This document shows positions 12,160 through 25,401 of a stretch of 64,000 nt of DNA, in pieces (the first letter of the stretch is position 1; every line of letters starts with the position of its first letter). This DNA is from Octopus vulgaris (Eukaryota): NCBI GenBank assembly GCA_951406725.2, contig OX597823.1:41416001-41480000 (forward strand). The letters run 5' to 3'. The position numbers were made by a program, and so were the translations under genes. Below the pieces are notes generated by a model. That model made no database searches, was not told the origin of the DNA, and worked only from the letters and a program-made list of their open reading frames with translations.

Positions 12160-12904
12160 ACACATATATTTAATGTTGACTATCAATAGTGTAGTAGAGA
12201 TTACAAGAGAATTTCATTTGAGTCAAGGCAGTCTCTTGCTACTCTGGGTATCACCTGTGTCTGCACAGGGTCTTGAGGCAAGTAATAACTCTTGAAGAAC
12301 TAGTAAGGATCAATGACATGAAAAGCATTTGTCTGTAGAATCCTACCTCAAATCTCTCGCTCTACAGCCAATGCTAGCATGGAAAAATGGGTATGGAAGG
12401 AATAAATGAATGGATATAGACATGTGTGTGCAGTTAGGTATATGAACATCTGAGAGCTGTATCTGAATAGTCATAAAAATATTTTAGCATGTGACTAGAC
12501 ATGGGTATATTAAATGACTGAATATGTATCTGCGTGTTAGTCATAATTATTCACAAATATTCTAGCTTGTTTCAATGCTGTTAATGTTTGCCAAATATAT
12601 CCCCAACACTTAGAGCAAGGCCATTGGACCACTTTAACCTAAAACCATAAGGCAAAAAATTAATCTCAGTAAAACAATGCACTTTATAGCTAAACATATT
12701 CAGATACCATCATATCAGACTTAGTTGTGGTTAAGTGAACTACAGTGAGTAAAAATCTCTTGATCAAGGATGCAGTTCAGTTAAGTATAATGCTGATTGC
12801 AAGATACAAATCATCAGCTCTTTCACCAGTAAACGGGTTAACAGCTCATCAGTCCTTGATTCATTGTGTATATATCAGTATAATAATTTAGGTTTTCCAT
12901 AAAC

Positions 12905-13140
12905 CCTAGGACCCATAAAACCAGAGCTTAATCTGGCTTCCATAGTGTAAGTGGCTAAGATTTCAACACTGCCCACTGGATGAGATGCCAGTTCACCCAG
13001 ATGTTGCAGGAACTCATTTATAGCGGAATTGGCTGGAGCAATGTGAAATGAAGTGTTTTACTTGAAAACATGATGTACCACCCAGTCTGGGTATTGAAAC
13101 TACAATCTTATGATATTGAGTGCAAGACCGTTACCATTTG
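12905..13140 (-). mobile_element. tRNA-headed SINE family D
   Basis: ctggagcaatgtgaaatgaagtgttt..gaaactacaatcttatgat; reverse complement of 50238-50405. Confidence 0.75.
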
Positions 13141-14000
13141 GTTTAAATGTTTAAAAATATATTCATTCACATAACACTCATATCAAATTGCAATTTACAG
13201 TATAAATATAAATAACAAGAATTAACTAGAAATTTTAAAGGAGATTTTCATCATTTTATTTAATTAAGAATAGTTAATTTTATTTAATTAAAACATAAAG
13301 CACAGAGGAAATAGCATTTTGGAAGGTTGATATTTTTTCAATAAAAATATTTCTAAAATTAAAGGAATTTTTTTGATTAAATAATTTTTTTTTAATTATT
13401 TAAAAAAATAGTCTTCTTATGTGGATAATTGTTTGTGTTTTTTAAATTTGGTTTAAAGAATTAAAACCTATTTTTTTTTGTTTGGTTTGTTTCTCATTTT
13501 GTTTTCCTCTTCTGTTTTAAATTCTCTTTTCTTTATTGCGTCTCTAACCTCTCTTGCATTCTCTCATTGCCTTTAGCCTCTCCATTTCTCTCACCTATCT
13601 CTTATTTCTCTCTCTATCTCTCTCCTTTCTCTTGTCTTCTCCACATTTCTATCTCAAATATTCTCTCTGTTGTTTACTCTCTAAGTAGTTGTATATCTCT
13701 ATTCTGTTCATTTTCTGTTTTCTTTCTTTCTCCAATCCATAATCTTTTCCTTTCACCCTTTCTCTTAGCTTTTCTTTCTCCACCTTTCTAAGCCACCCAC
13801 CCCAACCCACTACCATTCTTTCTTATCTTTTGTTTTATGTTTTTCCTTCATTTTATTTTAGTTTCATGATTTCTTTTTTTTTATAATTTTAAGTTTTAAG
13901 TCTTCCTTTCCTTCTCTTTAGTCTTTCTTACTTCTATGAATTAGCCTTTTCTCTTTTGGATTATTTTATTTTCTCTCTTTCTGTCTGACATTTCCCTTCT

Positions 14001-14069
<69 letters not shown>

Positions 14070-14295
14070 TTGTGTGTGTGCATGTGTATGTATGTATATA
14101 TATATATATATATGTATGTATAAGCATTGAACCTTCTCTGTTCAATAATTTATTCCTTCATATATTCCACACCATTATGCCATGGCACCAGCTAATTCTT
14201 CAATATTTTCTCCAAGTAATTTAAAGAAATCTTACATTAATTTTGTTCACCATTTAACCAAGGTAAATTTTTATAACTTCTACACACACAGGCAT

Positions 14296-14328
<33 letters not shown>

Positions 14329-14964
14329 GGCACACACACTCATGCACACACACACACACACACAGAGGCACACACACACACACACACACGCACACACACA
14401 CACAGGCACACACACATACACACATTCTATACTATATAAATCTGACATCAATTATTTTTGGCTAAAAATTTAGCTTTAGGCTGGAAATCACAAAGTGAAC
14501 ACAACCTTTAAGACCCTAACATAGGTTAGAATACAACTGGAATGTAGATATAGCCAACAGCAAACACATATAAAAAGGTCATAGCACTTTCTTTGCAGGA
14601 AGACATTTACTGTTATACTTTCACTGCTTGGATTTAAAAGGCATTATTCTGAATGATTTATTCACAATGCTTTTGGCTGTTGGAAGCATTTGGTACATTC
14701 TTGATTTCTATTGAATTCTTCATTTTATTATAATCCATTTGTTGAATAAGTTCAAAAAGCAAGTCAGAAATGTCTGAAATGGCCAACATGAGTAACAATT
14801 AGTGACACAGGACATGTTGTAAAGCAGAGAGAACTGGCTGTTCATCAGTTTATGTTAAACCAGCATTTTAAATACGTGGGATAGAGGCCAAACTTAAGTA
14901 ATTGGGTTGTGTTTATTTCATGCCTTCTACTAATTACTGTGTGTTGTATGTATATGTGTGTGAC

Positions 14965-15165
14965 ATCATCATCATCATCATTATCTAATTTCTGTTTCTC
15001 ACATGATGGAATGGATTGGATTGTTTAACAGGATTTGATAGGCCCATACTTTACTGTCTATTTGCCGTGGTTTCTGTCTTTGGCTGGATGTCATTCCTAA
15101 TGCTAACCACTTAACACTAAATACTGAGTGCCTTTTTCCACGTCACCCAGCTCTAGTGAAGTTGC
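14965..15165 (-). mobile_element. Degenerate repeat family B
   Basis: (CAT)n tail then gctggatgtcattcctaatgctaaccac. Confidence 0.65.
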
Positions 15166-15351
15166 TATGAACATTAAGCTAGAGGAATAAGTAGGGAAAG
15201 GTACAGTATGCAAGAAAAGGACTAGAGCAGAACAGGTTTCTTGCAGTAGAGAAGTTACATGACTACTCACATTTTAGTGGTGAGGTGGAGATGGAGCTGG
15301 AAAGTGTGTATGTGTGTGTGTCTATATATATATATATATATGTATCTTTTC

Positions 15352-15756
15352 ACCTTTTACTCATTTCAGTCATTAGACAGAGGCCATACTGGGGCACTGC
15401 ATTTGAAGAATTTCTACTCAATTGTATCAACCCCAGTACTTATTTATTCAAACCCTGGTGCTTATTCTATTGGTCTCTTATGTCGAACCACTAAGTTGCA
15501 GAGACATAATCACACCAGCACCAGTTATCAAGCATGGGGAGTGGGGGACAAACACAGACACAAAGACACACACACATACACATGCACAAATATATATGAC
15601 AGGCTTCTTTCAGTTTCCATCTCCTAAATCCACTCACAAGGCTTTGGTCAGCCTGAGGGTGTTATAGAAACACTTACCCAAGTTACCACACAGTGGGATG
15701 GAATGGAACCCTGAACCAATTGCTTGGGAAATAAACTTCTAACCACACATCCACAT
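15352..15756 (-). mobile_element. SINE family A, full length
   Basis: Shared blocks caggcttctttcagtttcc..aaatccactcacaaggctttggtc. Confidence 0.85.
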
Positions 15757-16097
15757 CTATCAATGGATCTTGCTCAAAATTTCCAAATATGATGTTTCAG
15801 CTCTTCAATCAACAGGACTATCAAGCCCATAGATTTACACACCATGTAAGTGGTCGAGTATTCCATATCCATGGTTACATTTAATGTCATTTTCATATGG
15901 TAATAAATTAATAGTGTGATCGAACAGTTCCTTAAAATTTCAGGTACAATCCACCTGACAGGTTTCTATGCATTTCCCTTCATCGGCCCAATTTCATTCG
16001 TAGAGTTATAGAAAATAACATTTGGGCCACATACCACAGAAAAGGATTGAGCCAGAAACTTGTGATTGTGTAGTGAACTTTACAACCATTGAGCCAA

Positions 16098-16114
<17 letters not shown>

Positions 16115-16132
<18 letters not shown>

Positions 16133-16360
16133 TTTTCCTTGTCTTGACATCATGTGATGGCTGTAAATGAGTTCACTGTCATACATGTGATGTGTTGTCC
16201 CTTTACTATGAAAGACGTTTCTGGGCATGGGGGAAACATTACCTTACTTGGTCACAGATAGAGCTGGTAACAGAAAGGACATCTGGCCATAAAAAATTTG
16301 CCTTAAGAAATTTCATCTGACTCATGCAGCCTAAGAAATGTAGACGTACATTAAAATGAT
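16115..16360 (+). mobile_element. Composite SINE family F body and tail
   Basis: Matches 49430-49650 (catcatgtgat..attaccttacttgg..catctgg..aaaatgat). Confidence 0.65.
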
Positions 16361-16361
16361 A

Positions 16362-16417
<56 letters not shown>

Positions 16418-16831
16418 CATATATGTGTGTGTGTGAGTGTGTGTGATTATATATACATATGTCTCTGTGAGTACCATTACAAATACATCTGTGTGTATTA
16501 ATATATATTAGAGTTGATTTTTTTTATAAATTATGCTGGCAAGCATAGAAATTGTTTTGTCCTCCAGGAGAACTTTTCAAACCATTGTTTTGAAAAGTTA
16601 CTCCCTGAGTAATGAAATAATTTAAATAATTGACACTATAATTAAATAAAAAAGTTTTAAAAACAAATTACTTGCGATGCATTGCAATATTACAGTTTTT
16701 ATTTTATTTAGCTAGTCAATTTTCTTCTAACACATAAGATAATTTATATATATACATATATATCATTCTACAAAGAGGAGAAAATGTTCAAATTTGTGTA
16801 ATATAGTTTAGGAACAGTTTTGTGGTGTTTA

Positions 16832-17035
16832 TCATTTTCCATGCTAGCATGGGTTACATGGTTTGACTAGGACTCGTAAACTGGAGAGGTGTACCAGGCT
16901 CCTGCTGTCTGTTGTGGCTTGGTTGCTATGGTTAGATGCCCTTTTTTTACATCACCCACATCACACAGTGTACTGGGTTTCTTTTATTTGTCACCAGTAC
17001 AGGTACCTTTTATGAGTCACCAGCACTGGGATTAA
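16832..17035 (-). mobile_element. Repeat family B
   Basis: ttttccatgctagcatgggtt..gatgccc..actgggt. Confidence 0.7.
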
Positions 17036-17656
17036 CCATGATTCACTTACCCTGAAGTGTCTTCAATGCCAAAACTTCTTCCTCAGGTATTTTACAATAA
17101 TAGGAAATACTTTGACCTAATGACACATTCCAACTTGGCAGAAGCCACTTAATTGCTGAATTTTCTGTACCAAAGCTGTATCTATCATCATCATCATCAT
17201 CGTCGTCGTCATCATCATTGCTTTCATTTTACTCTCCATGCTGTGTGCATTGGAGAGGTGACCATGGTCAGTCAGCTCTTATTTAGTTGTTCTTGTTATG
17301 TAGATGGTGTGAAGGTCTGCACCATACATGTGAATATCATTTTTGGCTTCATTTCTACAGCTGGATACTCTTGCAAACTCCATTGATATACCAAAATGTA
17401 TGGAGTGCTTGCATAGCACTATAAAGGTAGCTATGTCTTCATCACAACTAAAAGAACCTCATGACATCATGTCTCTGCTCATGCACCCGGCTCTTTAGAG
17501 AGTGGTTGAGGCATTAAAGATTATTTGAAATAACAATATAATGTATATATGCATATATGAATATGTATGTTTCTATGTGTGTATATACATGTGCAGATAT
17601 ACAGTCAGCCATGACCAATGGAGGCCTTATAAAGACACTTCATGTTTTTATCACCT

Positions 17657-17692
<36 letters not shown>

Positions 17693-17697
17693 TTCAA

Positions 17698-17895
17698 CTA
17701 GCATCTGTATTCCAAGTTTGCATGGGTTAAACAGTTTGACAGAATCGTGTGATCTGCAGGGCTACAATGAGCTCCAGTGTCTGTTTTGCTATGCTCTCCA
17801 CAGCTGGACGCCCTTCCTAATACCAACTGATTTACAGAGTGTACTGGGTGCTTTTTCTGTGCCATTGGTACCAGTGAGGTTGCCAAGCGACTTGT
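17698..17895 (-). mobile_element. Repeat family B
   Basis: acagctggacgcccttcctaataccaac..gtactgggtgcttt. Confidence 0.75.
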
Positions 17896-17969
17896 AAAAC
17901 AGGAAACGGTAAAAGAAAAAGAAATAATTAAAAATGGAAATATTTTGAGATATAGGAAAGCACACTATG

Positions 17970-18166
17970 TATGAGGTGGTGTTTTCCTTTGGGTAAGAGA
18001 AAATACAGGAGGCTCAGGTTATTATGATTTTATTCAACATGTTCCCTTCTCCGATTCACACAATTATTGCAGCAGTTCTTCAGTTTTTGTAAGCCCAGTT
18101 AAAGAACTCAGAAGGTTGGGCCTCTAACCAGGCCTTTCTTGATACCCTTAAAGCCAGGAACTTGTA
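17970..18166 (-). mobile_element. Second mariner MITE copy (inverted relative to 2816-3025)
   Basis: ttttattcaacatgttccc is the near reverse complement of gggaatatgttgaataaaa; ends aaagccaggaacttgta. Confidence 0.8.
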
Positions 18167-18985
18167 TGTTTTTATGTTGGGGTGGTGTTATAAATAACTA
18201 CTTACTTTTGTCTTCAAAATAACTGTAAAAGTCATACACCATTTTTATTAATTATTATCACATATTATTATCCTTAAACTGATTTGGTTTGTTCTGTTAT
18301 TCACTTTGATTACAATAAATATTTGCAGGTATGAATTACCATGTTATTTTAACCATCTTAATATGAAACACTGTCATATCAGTGAGTCAATGAATTGCAG
18401 TATAAATTTAGTCATTGTTATAACTAGCCCCACCTTTTGCTAGCTCTCTCTCACTCTCACCTTCTCTCTCTTGCACTCTCTCTCACCTCACTCCCCCCTC
18501 TCTCTCTCTCATTCCTTCCCTCTCTCGTATTTACTGTGCTTATGTTCTCACTTTGAAATTCATTTAGTAACATCACTTCTATGTTACTTTTTGCTTTTGG
18601 TTTTGTTTTATCTTCATGAAGAAGTCTGAGCTCACATAATCACATAATCTGCAGTCATGTTCCATAAATGAATTATAGATAAATAAACAAGGAAAGAATT
18701 TGATAAATTTATTAATTCTTTTCCGTAAAAAAATAAACAAAGTAATTCTTTATACTTTCCAAACAAATAGTCTCTCATTTTGAAACCTATTTCCAAATTA
18801 CCAAAATCTAAATTAATTTTTAAATTCATTCCGAGAGACTTTAGTAGTATTGTTTTGTTTTAACAAGGTAAAATGTTAACCTTTAACTAGATAGAAATTT
18901 GACTTTTAACCAAAGACTTGTGATTGGATTATGTAGACAAAAACTGAAAGAAGCACATTATAGATATATTTGTAAATCTTCCTCT

Positions 18986-19630
18986 TCATCATCATCACTT
19001 AACATCTACTTTTATAAGATCATATGGGTGAGATGGAATTTGTTATTGCAGATTTTTTCATGGCAAGGTACCCTTCCAACCACCAACTTTCACTGGTTTC
19101 CCACCCAGGTAGTATTTTTTACCCATGGTAGACATGTTTCACACAGAAGATTGGAAATAAGCAACTTCACTTATATGATGGTGATGCTCATTTGCAACCC
19201 TTATCACGATGTATAGAACAAGGGAAAACACAAACACAGATATGCACATATGTGCATACATATAGGGAGAAGTCACATAAAAAACAAAAAACGAAGACAG
19301 GTGGTGTAGACAACTAACAGATGTATTAGTTTAATGCTTGGTAAGTGAAAAAGTCTTTAATGTTTCGAGCCTACTCTTTTCCACAGAAAGGAACACAGAA
19401 AGAAACAAGGAGAGAAAATAAAGAATGTGTAGTGGCTAGTGATCTATCATGGCGAATGTGGGACAGACAGAGTGGTTGACAAGCTTCTTTTCAGTTTTTG
19501 ACAACTGAATCCACTCACAAAGCTTTGGTGGTCTCAGGGCTATAGTAAAAGACATGCTGCTGTGCAGTGGGACTGAACCCTATATCACATTGGTTGGGAA
19601 GCATGTTTCTAAACTATACACCCAGCCTGT
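18986..19630 (-). mobile_element. Composite SINE family F interrupted by a Penelope-like insert (about 19265-19475)
   Basis: B-like tail plus F body (18986-19230) and family A head (19480-19630), same layout as 48160-48610; unrelated middle segment. Confidence 0.7.
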
Positions 19631-19940
19631 GAATATTTACATGTGCTTCTCTGAAAATGGCAAGCTTCAAGCAGTGTGGCTGTTGTCTTTTCTTCTGATA
19701 ATCAAGTGTCTGCCGGCTTTGTGCTTTTGAAGTATGATATCCTTTTCAGGAATATTAGGTAATGACTAGCAATAGGAAAGGATTAGCAACAAACTATGCT
19801 ACAATGATGTATTTGTCTAACTCATGTTATCCTGAGAAAAAAAAACAATGTAAAATGAATGAGTAAACTACATAAAATCCTAGGTTTTGTAGAAGAGATA
19901 CAGAGACAACTGAATTTTCTCTAAAACTTAATATTTAGAA

Positions 19941-20380
19941 TTTGGTTTGTCATGAACCCAAAGACTTATAAGACTGGAGCTTAGTCAGGTTTTCATGGTG
20001 TATAAGTGATTGAAATTACAGCCCCCACCTGAATGGTATGCCAGTCCATCACAGGGTTAACTTCCAACTATTGCTGGAACTCATGTACAGCTGAGTTATA
20101 TTTGGTTTGTCATGAACCCAAGGACTTATGAGACTGGAGCTTAGTCAGGTTTTCATGGTGTATAAATGATTGAAATTACAGCCCCCACTTAACTGAATGG
20201 GGATGCCTGGTCCATCAGAGGGTTAACTTCCAACTATTGCTGGAACTCATGTACAGCTGACCTGACTAGAGCAACATGAAAATGAAGTGTTTTGCTCAAG
20301 AGCACAGAGCATCACTGACCTGAAATCAAAACCTTAATCTTACAATCAGAAGTGCTGTACCCTAATCACTGGGCTAACAT
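19941..20380 (-). mobile_element. SINE family D with 160-bp internal tandem duplication
   Basis: 19941-20100 repeated at 20101-20260; tRNA-like head at about 20270-20380. Confidence 0.85.
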
Positions 20381-21859
20381 ACCATCACAATACACTACTA
20401 CGCTGGTTGTTAGTTATTTTTTCATCACAGACAGGATTTTCATTCAGCCCATAAAGTATCAAGAATGGTGTTTTTATTTTCGTGCTTGTCTTTGGAGCCA
20501 ACAGAAGGAATTGTAATATTGCCAAATATGTTTATTAACTTGGGTTCTTCTTGATTAGCATATTATTGATCTCTTTGATAGTCTTAACATCCTTTCTGTG
20601 TCTTTTACTGTTTTATCAAACAAAATACTTCTGCCATACCTTTCACAAACTGATATGAAATTCTGGTATCTTGCCTCTCCTTTGATCATTCTTTACCACC
20701 TCCTTTTGTCTTTTGTCTTGTTTATTTTTATTTCCTTTTTTCTTTTTGGGGTTATATTAGCAAAATTAATTAAAAGTACAAACAGCCAGTTAACATTGTT
20801 TCTGTATATGGTGGTCACTCTATAGTTTTACTTGAATATTTAAATGGAACCTGTTTTTTGAGGCAAAATAAATACTCTGACAGTGTTGTCTAAGTATGCA
20901 CAATATGCAATATCAACCTGTACCTTTGTTTATAAACTTTTATTTTACCCACCAACACTTCCAATTCTTCTACCCCCTCCCCACCTCATTTCTGCTCACC
21001 TCATACCTTGAGGGTACACAGAGACACTCATCAGCACTATTTTTTATCAACCCCCACCATCTCTTCTAAAATGTGAGTAGCCATGCAGTCTCTCTACAAC
21101 AAGAAACCTATTCTCTTGTGGTCCCATCTCTCATACTTTAACTTCTCATTTTGTGGCATGAAGCTACCTCTTTCAGGGTGCATAGTCTTGCAAACTGCAT
21201 GGCAACTTCATTAGGGCTAACAGCTTTGAAAAAGAACCAGGAATAGAGCTGCAAGAAATGTTGCTAAGGATTTTGTCTGATGAGCTAGCAGCTCTGCCAT
21301 TAACTACATTAAATAGCAATAATTTTTACCTATATCTCATTGCTCCTAGCATGTTATATTCACCTCTCTATCACCACCTTGATAGGTAGTGAGAAATTTC
21401 AATGGTTTGATTAAGAATATCAAGTAAAAAACAGGCCAAAATTAGACCATTGGCAACAAAACTAGCAACACCACAAAGCATGCCTTATGATGTCCTATGA
21501 TGTGGGTGATTTTTTTCAAATATGAATACCTCGTAGGACAAAAAAGCACAAAGCTGCAAAGGGCAGATGAACCCAGAGCAGTCAGTAGCCATTCAAATAT
21601 TACATTTTTATTAGCATTGTTGTTGATAACTTCAATTCTGGTGCATGGTAGTAATGATATGGATAATGTACCTTGAGACTAAAAATGACAGAGATTGCTC
21701 TTTTGGGGAAGAGGTGTCTTTAAGTCTTGGTTGGCACCTGCCCCAACAAAGATAATGTTCCAATGAAGACAACTGTGGTTGAGATACTGTCACACTAGAG
21801 ACCTCTTTATGAGTGAAATATCAAATAATTATAGTAATGTCATACCAAATAATAATACT

Positions 21860-22020
21860 TTCTTGTAGACATACTAAATTTCCAGACTCAAGTAATTTAT
21901 TCTCTTTTCAAGGACTTTATGGCTATTAAAGAATTGGCACTAATTGGACAACAAAACAGTGTGAGGAACATAATTTCATGATATCCTAAGAATCTACAGC
22001 TGCAAAACAAACCAAAACAA
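21860..22020 (+). mobile_element. Very degenerate R4/Dong-type 3' end
   Basis: IKELALIGQQNSVRNIIS* resembles IQKxALLGTAHILRKVLS*; followed by trinucleotide repeats. Confidence 0.4.
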
Positions 22021-22025
22021 TGATT

Positions 22026-22037
22026 ATACTACTACTT

Positions 22038-22083
<46 letters not shown>

Positions 22084-22084
22084 C

Positions 22085-22173
<89 letters not shown>

Positions 22174-22220
22174 CACTACTACTACTGCTGCAGCTGCTAC
22201 AACCACTGCAGCTGCTGCTG
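22026..22220. repeat. (CTA)n(CTG)n compound trinucleotide repeat
   Basis: Directly visible; source of poly-L/V/A pseudo-ORFs. Confidence 0.97.
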
Positions 22221-22239
22221 ATTTCTTGTATAAAATAAT

Positions 22240-22457
22240 GGATCCATACAAGGCCAGCAATTTTAGGGGAAGGTTAAGTTGATTACATCGACCCTGGTCC
22301 TTGACTGGTACATATATTATTGACCCTAAAAGATTGAAAAGCAAAGTTGACTCAGAGTGTAAAGACAGATGAAATGGTGCCAAGAATGAGGTAATGATCC
22401 TGCCAGTTAGCCACTTTAATAATAATAATAATAATGATAATAATAACAATGATGATG

Positions 22458-22509
<52 letters not shown>

Positions 22510-22530
22510 TAATAAAGATAATGATAAATA
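22240..22530 (-). mobile_element. SINE family C copy followed by long (AAT)n
   Basis: acaaggccagcaatttt..gattacatcgaccc..aaagcaaagttgac. Confidence 0.8.
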
Positions 22531-23027
22531 CAAAAAATAATAGTAATTGTAGAAGTAGTGGTAGTAATAATAGTAGAAATTGTTGTAGTAGAAAAAGGTA
22601 AAACTCTAGCAGCAATCAACATCAATTTATATCGAGTTGGTGCTAGGCTTGGTGAAAATCGGAAAGTGAAGCTTGTAAGCTGTTTAACTTAGACACTAGT
22701 TTAAAGAAGTGTAGAAGACAGTAGAAATGATGCTATTATAAATACAATTGAATCAAAATGTCAAGATAGAAATATAAAAACATGTATGTATACATATGCA
22801 TATAAACATATATATATATATATATATGTGTGATGTATATACATACACACACACATATATATATATATAGAAAAACTTAAAAACTATAGAATCGTGATAT
22901 TTTAAAATGTCATCACTAACAAAGTGTGTGTATATCTGTGTGTGCATACATACCAAAACGTGTTTATTTGCATAGCTCCCTGTAAGTCTCCCACTATATA
23001 TATATGTATGTTCATATATATGTATGC

Positions 23028-23081
<54 letters not shown>

Positions 23082-23163
23082 TAGTGCAAGAAAGCTATGT
23101 ATAAACACATACTTACTGATATTTATGCATATACAGATGTATGAACATATATTTGCACAGCTC

Positions 23164-23211
<48 letters not shown>

Positions 23212-23250
23212 ACTCTCTCTCTCCCCTTGTGTTTATATATATATATATAT

Positions 23251-23450
23251 ATCATTTAATGTCCATTTTCTATGCTTGGGTAGGTTGGACTGTTTGACAT
23301 GATATGAATTAACAACTCAGAAAACTGCACCAAGCTTCACTGTCTCATTTGGCATGGCTTCAGCTACTAGATACCCTTCCTTATATGAACTACACTTCAG
23401 AGTTTGCTGGGTGCTTTTTATTTGGTACCAGCAGCTATAAGGTCTCTAAG
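23251..23450 (-). mobile_element. Degenerate repeat family B
   Basis: atcatttaatgtccattttctatgc..gatacccttcc..ctgggtgctttt. Confidence 0.65.
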
Positions 23451-24479
23451 TAACCTACAAGACAAGACACCTGAACTGAGTGGGGTTTAGTATTGACGTT
23501 TGTTGGTAATTTTCTGCCAGGTGATGAGTATGAAAAGAAGGGCAAAAATAGGCAAGGTTACAATTAAAAGGTGATCCATGGCTATTACTACAGGAGAGGG
23601 AGGTGAGAGAAAGAGGAGACGGGGAAGATGTAACAGGGGCTACACTCAAGTTACAAGGAGCAGTAAGTGGAACCAAGGATTGGATAGGGTGAGTCAAGGT
23701 AGGAAGTTCATGAGATTGTGAAAGGTGTTTGTTCTATGAGGATTTTAAATCGCAGAGAACTGGACAAAATATCATGAGGTATTCCATTTAATACTACTTT
23801 AATGTTTAATGGTGATAATGAAAATTTCCTTTGAACCAACTCAGTTAAAGAATTATGATCAATGGCACTGAGCCAACTGTATTGTTTCCACTTTATTGCC
23901 ATTATAGTAAAGTATATCTTTTCCAAGATATTAGATACTCTTTTGTTCTTTTACACCTGTATTCATATACTGGTTTCTGCCATTGTACTGTAGCCACACT
24001 GAGGCACTAACTTGCTAGATACGCTTGATTGAATCAACCTCACTATTTAAAACTGGTACTTATTCTTTTGGTCCTTTGTTGCTTGACCCCTAAGTTACAG
24101 AGACATAAGACAAACCAACACCAGTTGTCAAACAGTCAGACATAATCACAGGCACACACATGAAAACAAATGTGTGTTTATGTGTGTATACATGTCCACA
24201 CACACACACACATACACACCCTATCACACTTTCACGCTCTCTTACCCTCTCACCTTCTCCATTTTATTCTCCCATGATAATCCCACCTGTCCCTCTTTTC
24301 ATATTAGTGTATATTAGACCCAGCATCATTCTAGACATTGTATTTTTGACAATAATGTCAACGAAGTGATCAGGCTGCATTTGTTTTGTAACAAGGCTCA
24401 CATAATTTATGATGACTGGCTTTCTGAAACACATATACCATATATAAGGCATAAATACTGATTACACGTTTTTAGGTTC

Positions 24480-24512
<33 letters not shown>

Positions 24513-24523
<11 letters not shown>

Positions 24524-24784
24524 GAAATGAGGTTCTCAGAAAATCGGATGGTTTATATTTACAGATATTTTTTTGTATATTACATTTTTTATATATCATA
24601 TAACTTAGATCATGTTTTAGCGCTTTCTCCCATTCTAGTGGGGTTTTCAAATCAAACTAAGTTGATTTGAAAGTGCTAATACATGATCTAAGTTATATGA
24701 TATATAAAAGATGTAATATGCAAATAAACATCTGTAAATATAAACCATCCGATTTTCTGAGTACCTCATTTCTTCTAATATATA
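24513..24784. repeat. About 270-bp fold-back palindrome with hammerhead-like loop
   Basis: Arms 24513-24627 and 24669-24784 are near-perfect reverse complements; adjacent to (TA)n. Confidence 0.93.
24617..24652 (-). ncRNA. Hammerhead motif, U3-A8 variant
   Basis: Minus strand UUGAAAA-cCCCA-CUAGAA-UGGGa-GAAA-GCGC-UA; palindromic stem III AGCGCU; closing pair of stem II mismatched. Confidence 0.5.
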
Positions 24785-24816
24785 ATACCTGTACATCATC
24801 TCCAAACCTTTCAATA

Positions 24817-25102
24817 TCATCATCATCATCATCATCATCATCGTTTAACGTCCGTTTTCCATGCTAGCACGGGTTGGATGGTTCAACCGGAGTCTGGGAG
24901 GCCAGGGGCTGCACCAGGCTCCAGTCTGATCTGGCAGTGTTTCTATAGCTGGATGCCCTTCCTAACGCCAACCACTCTGCGAGTGTAGTGGGTGCTTTTT
25001 ACGTGCCACCTGCACAGGTGCCAGGGGAGTCCGGCATCATCCCCGATCGGTTGGTGCTTTTAACATACCTCATCCCATGTCTTCCTGGGTCTACCTCTCC
25101 CC
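24817..25102 (-). mobile_element. Repeat family B joined to RTE ORF fragment
   Basis: Well-preserved B copy 24817-25062; 25066-25102 encodes GRGRPRKTWDEV on the same strand. Confidence 0.85.
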
Positions 25103-25119
25103 CTGATGCCTTCAACTGT

Positions 25120-25170
<51 letters not shown>

Positions 25171-25363
25171 GGTGCAGGAATGGCTGTATAGTAAGAAGCT
25201 TGCTTCCCAACCACATGGTTCTGGGTTCAGTTCCACTGCGTGGCACCTTGGGCAAGTGTCTTCTACTATAGCCTCAGCCCAACCAAAGCAATGTGAGTGG
25301 ATTTGGTAGACGGAAACTGAAAGAAGCCTGTTGTATATATATATATATATATTGTATATATAT

Positions 25364-25401
<38 letters not shown>

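Noticed and set aside
14600-14695. Plus-strand acceptor followed by LDLKGIILNDL (mariner-like or exon)
   Set aside because: Too short and ambiguous; weak donor, no flanking transposase motifs
19355-19390. Hammerhead-like GAG..CTC-GAAAC on minus strand (similar partial motifs near 32475, 49800, 52381, 63765)
   Set aside because: One of the two core boxes is missing or badly damaged; at most remnants
22020-22625. Poly-Leu/Val/Ala/Ile/Tyr ORFs
   Set aside because: Trinucleotide microsatellites flanking a SINE
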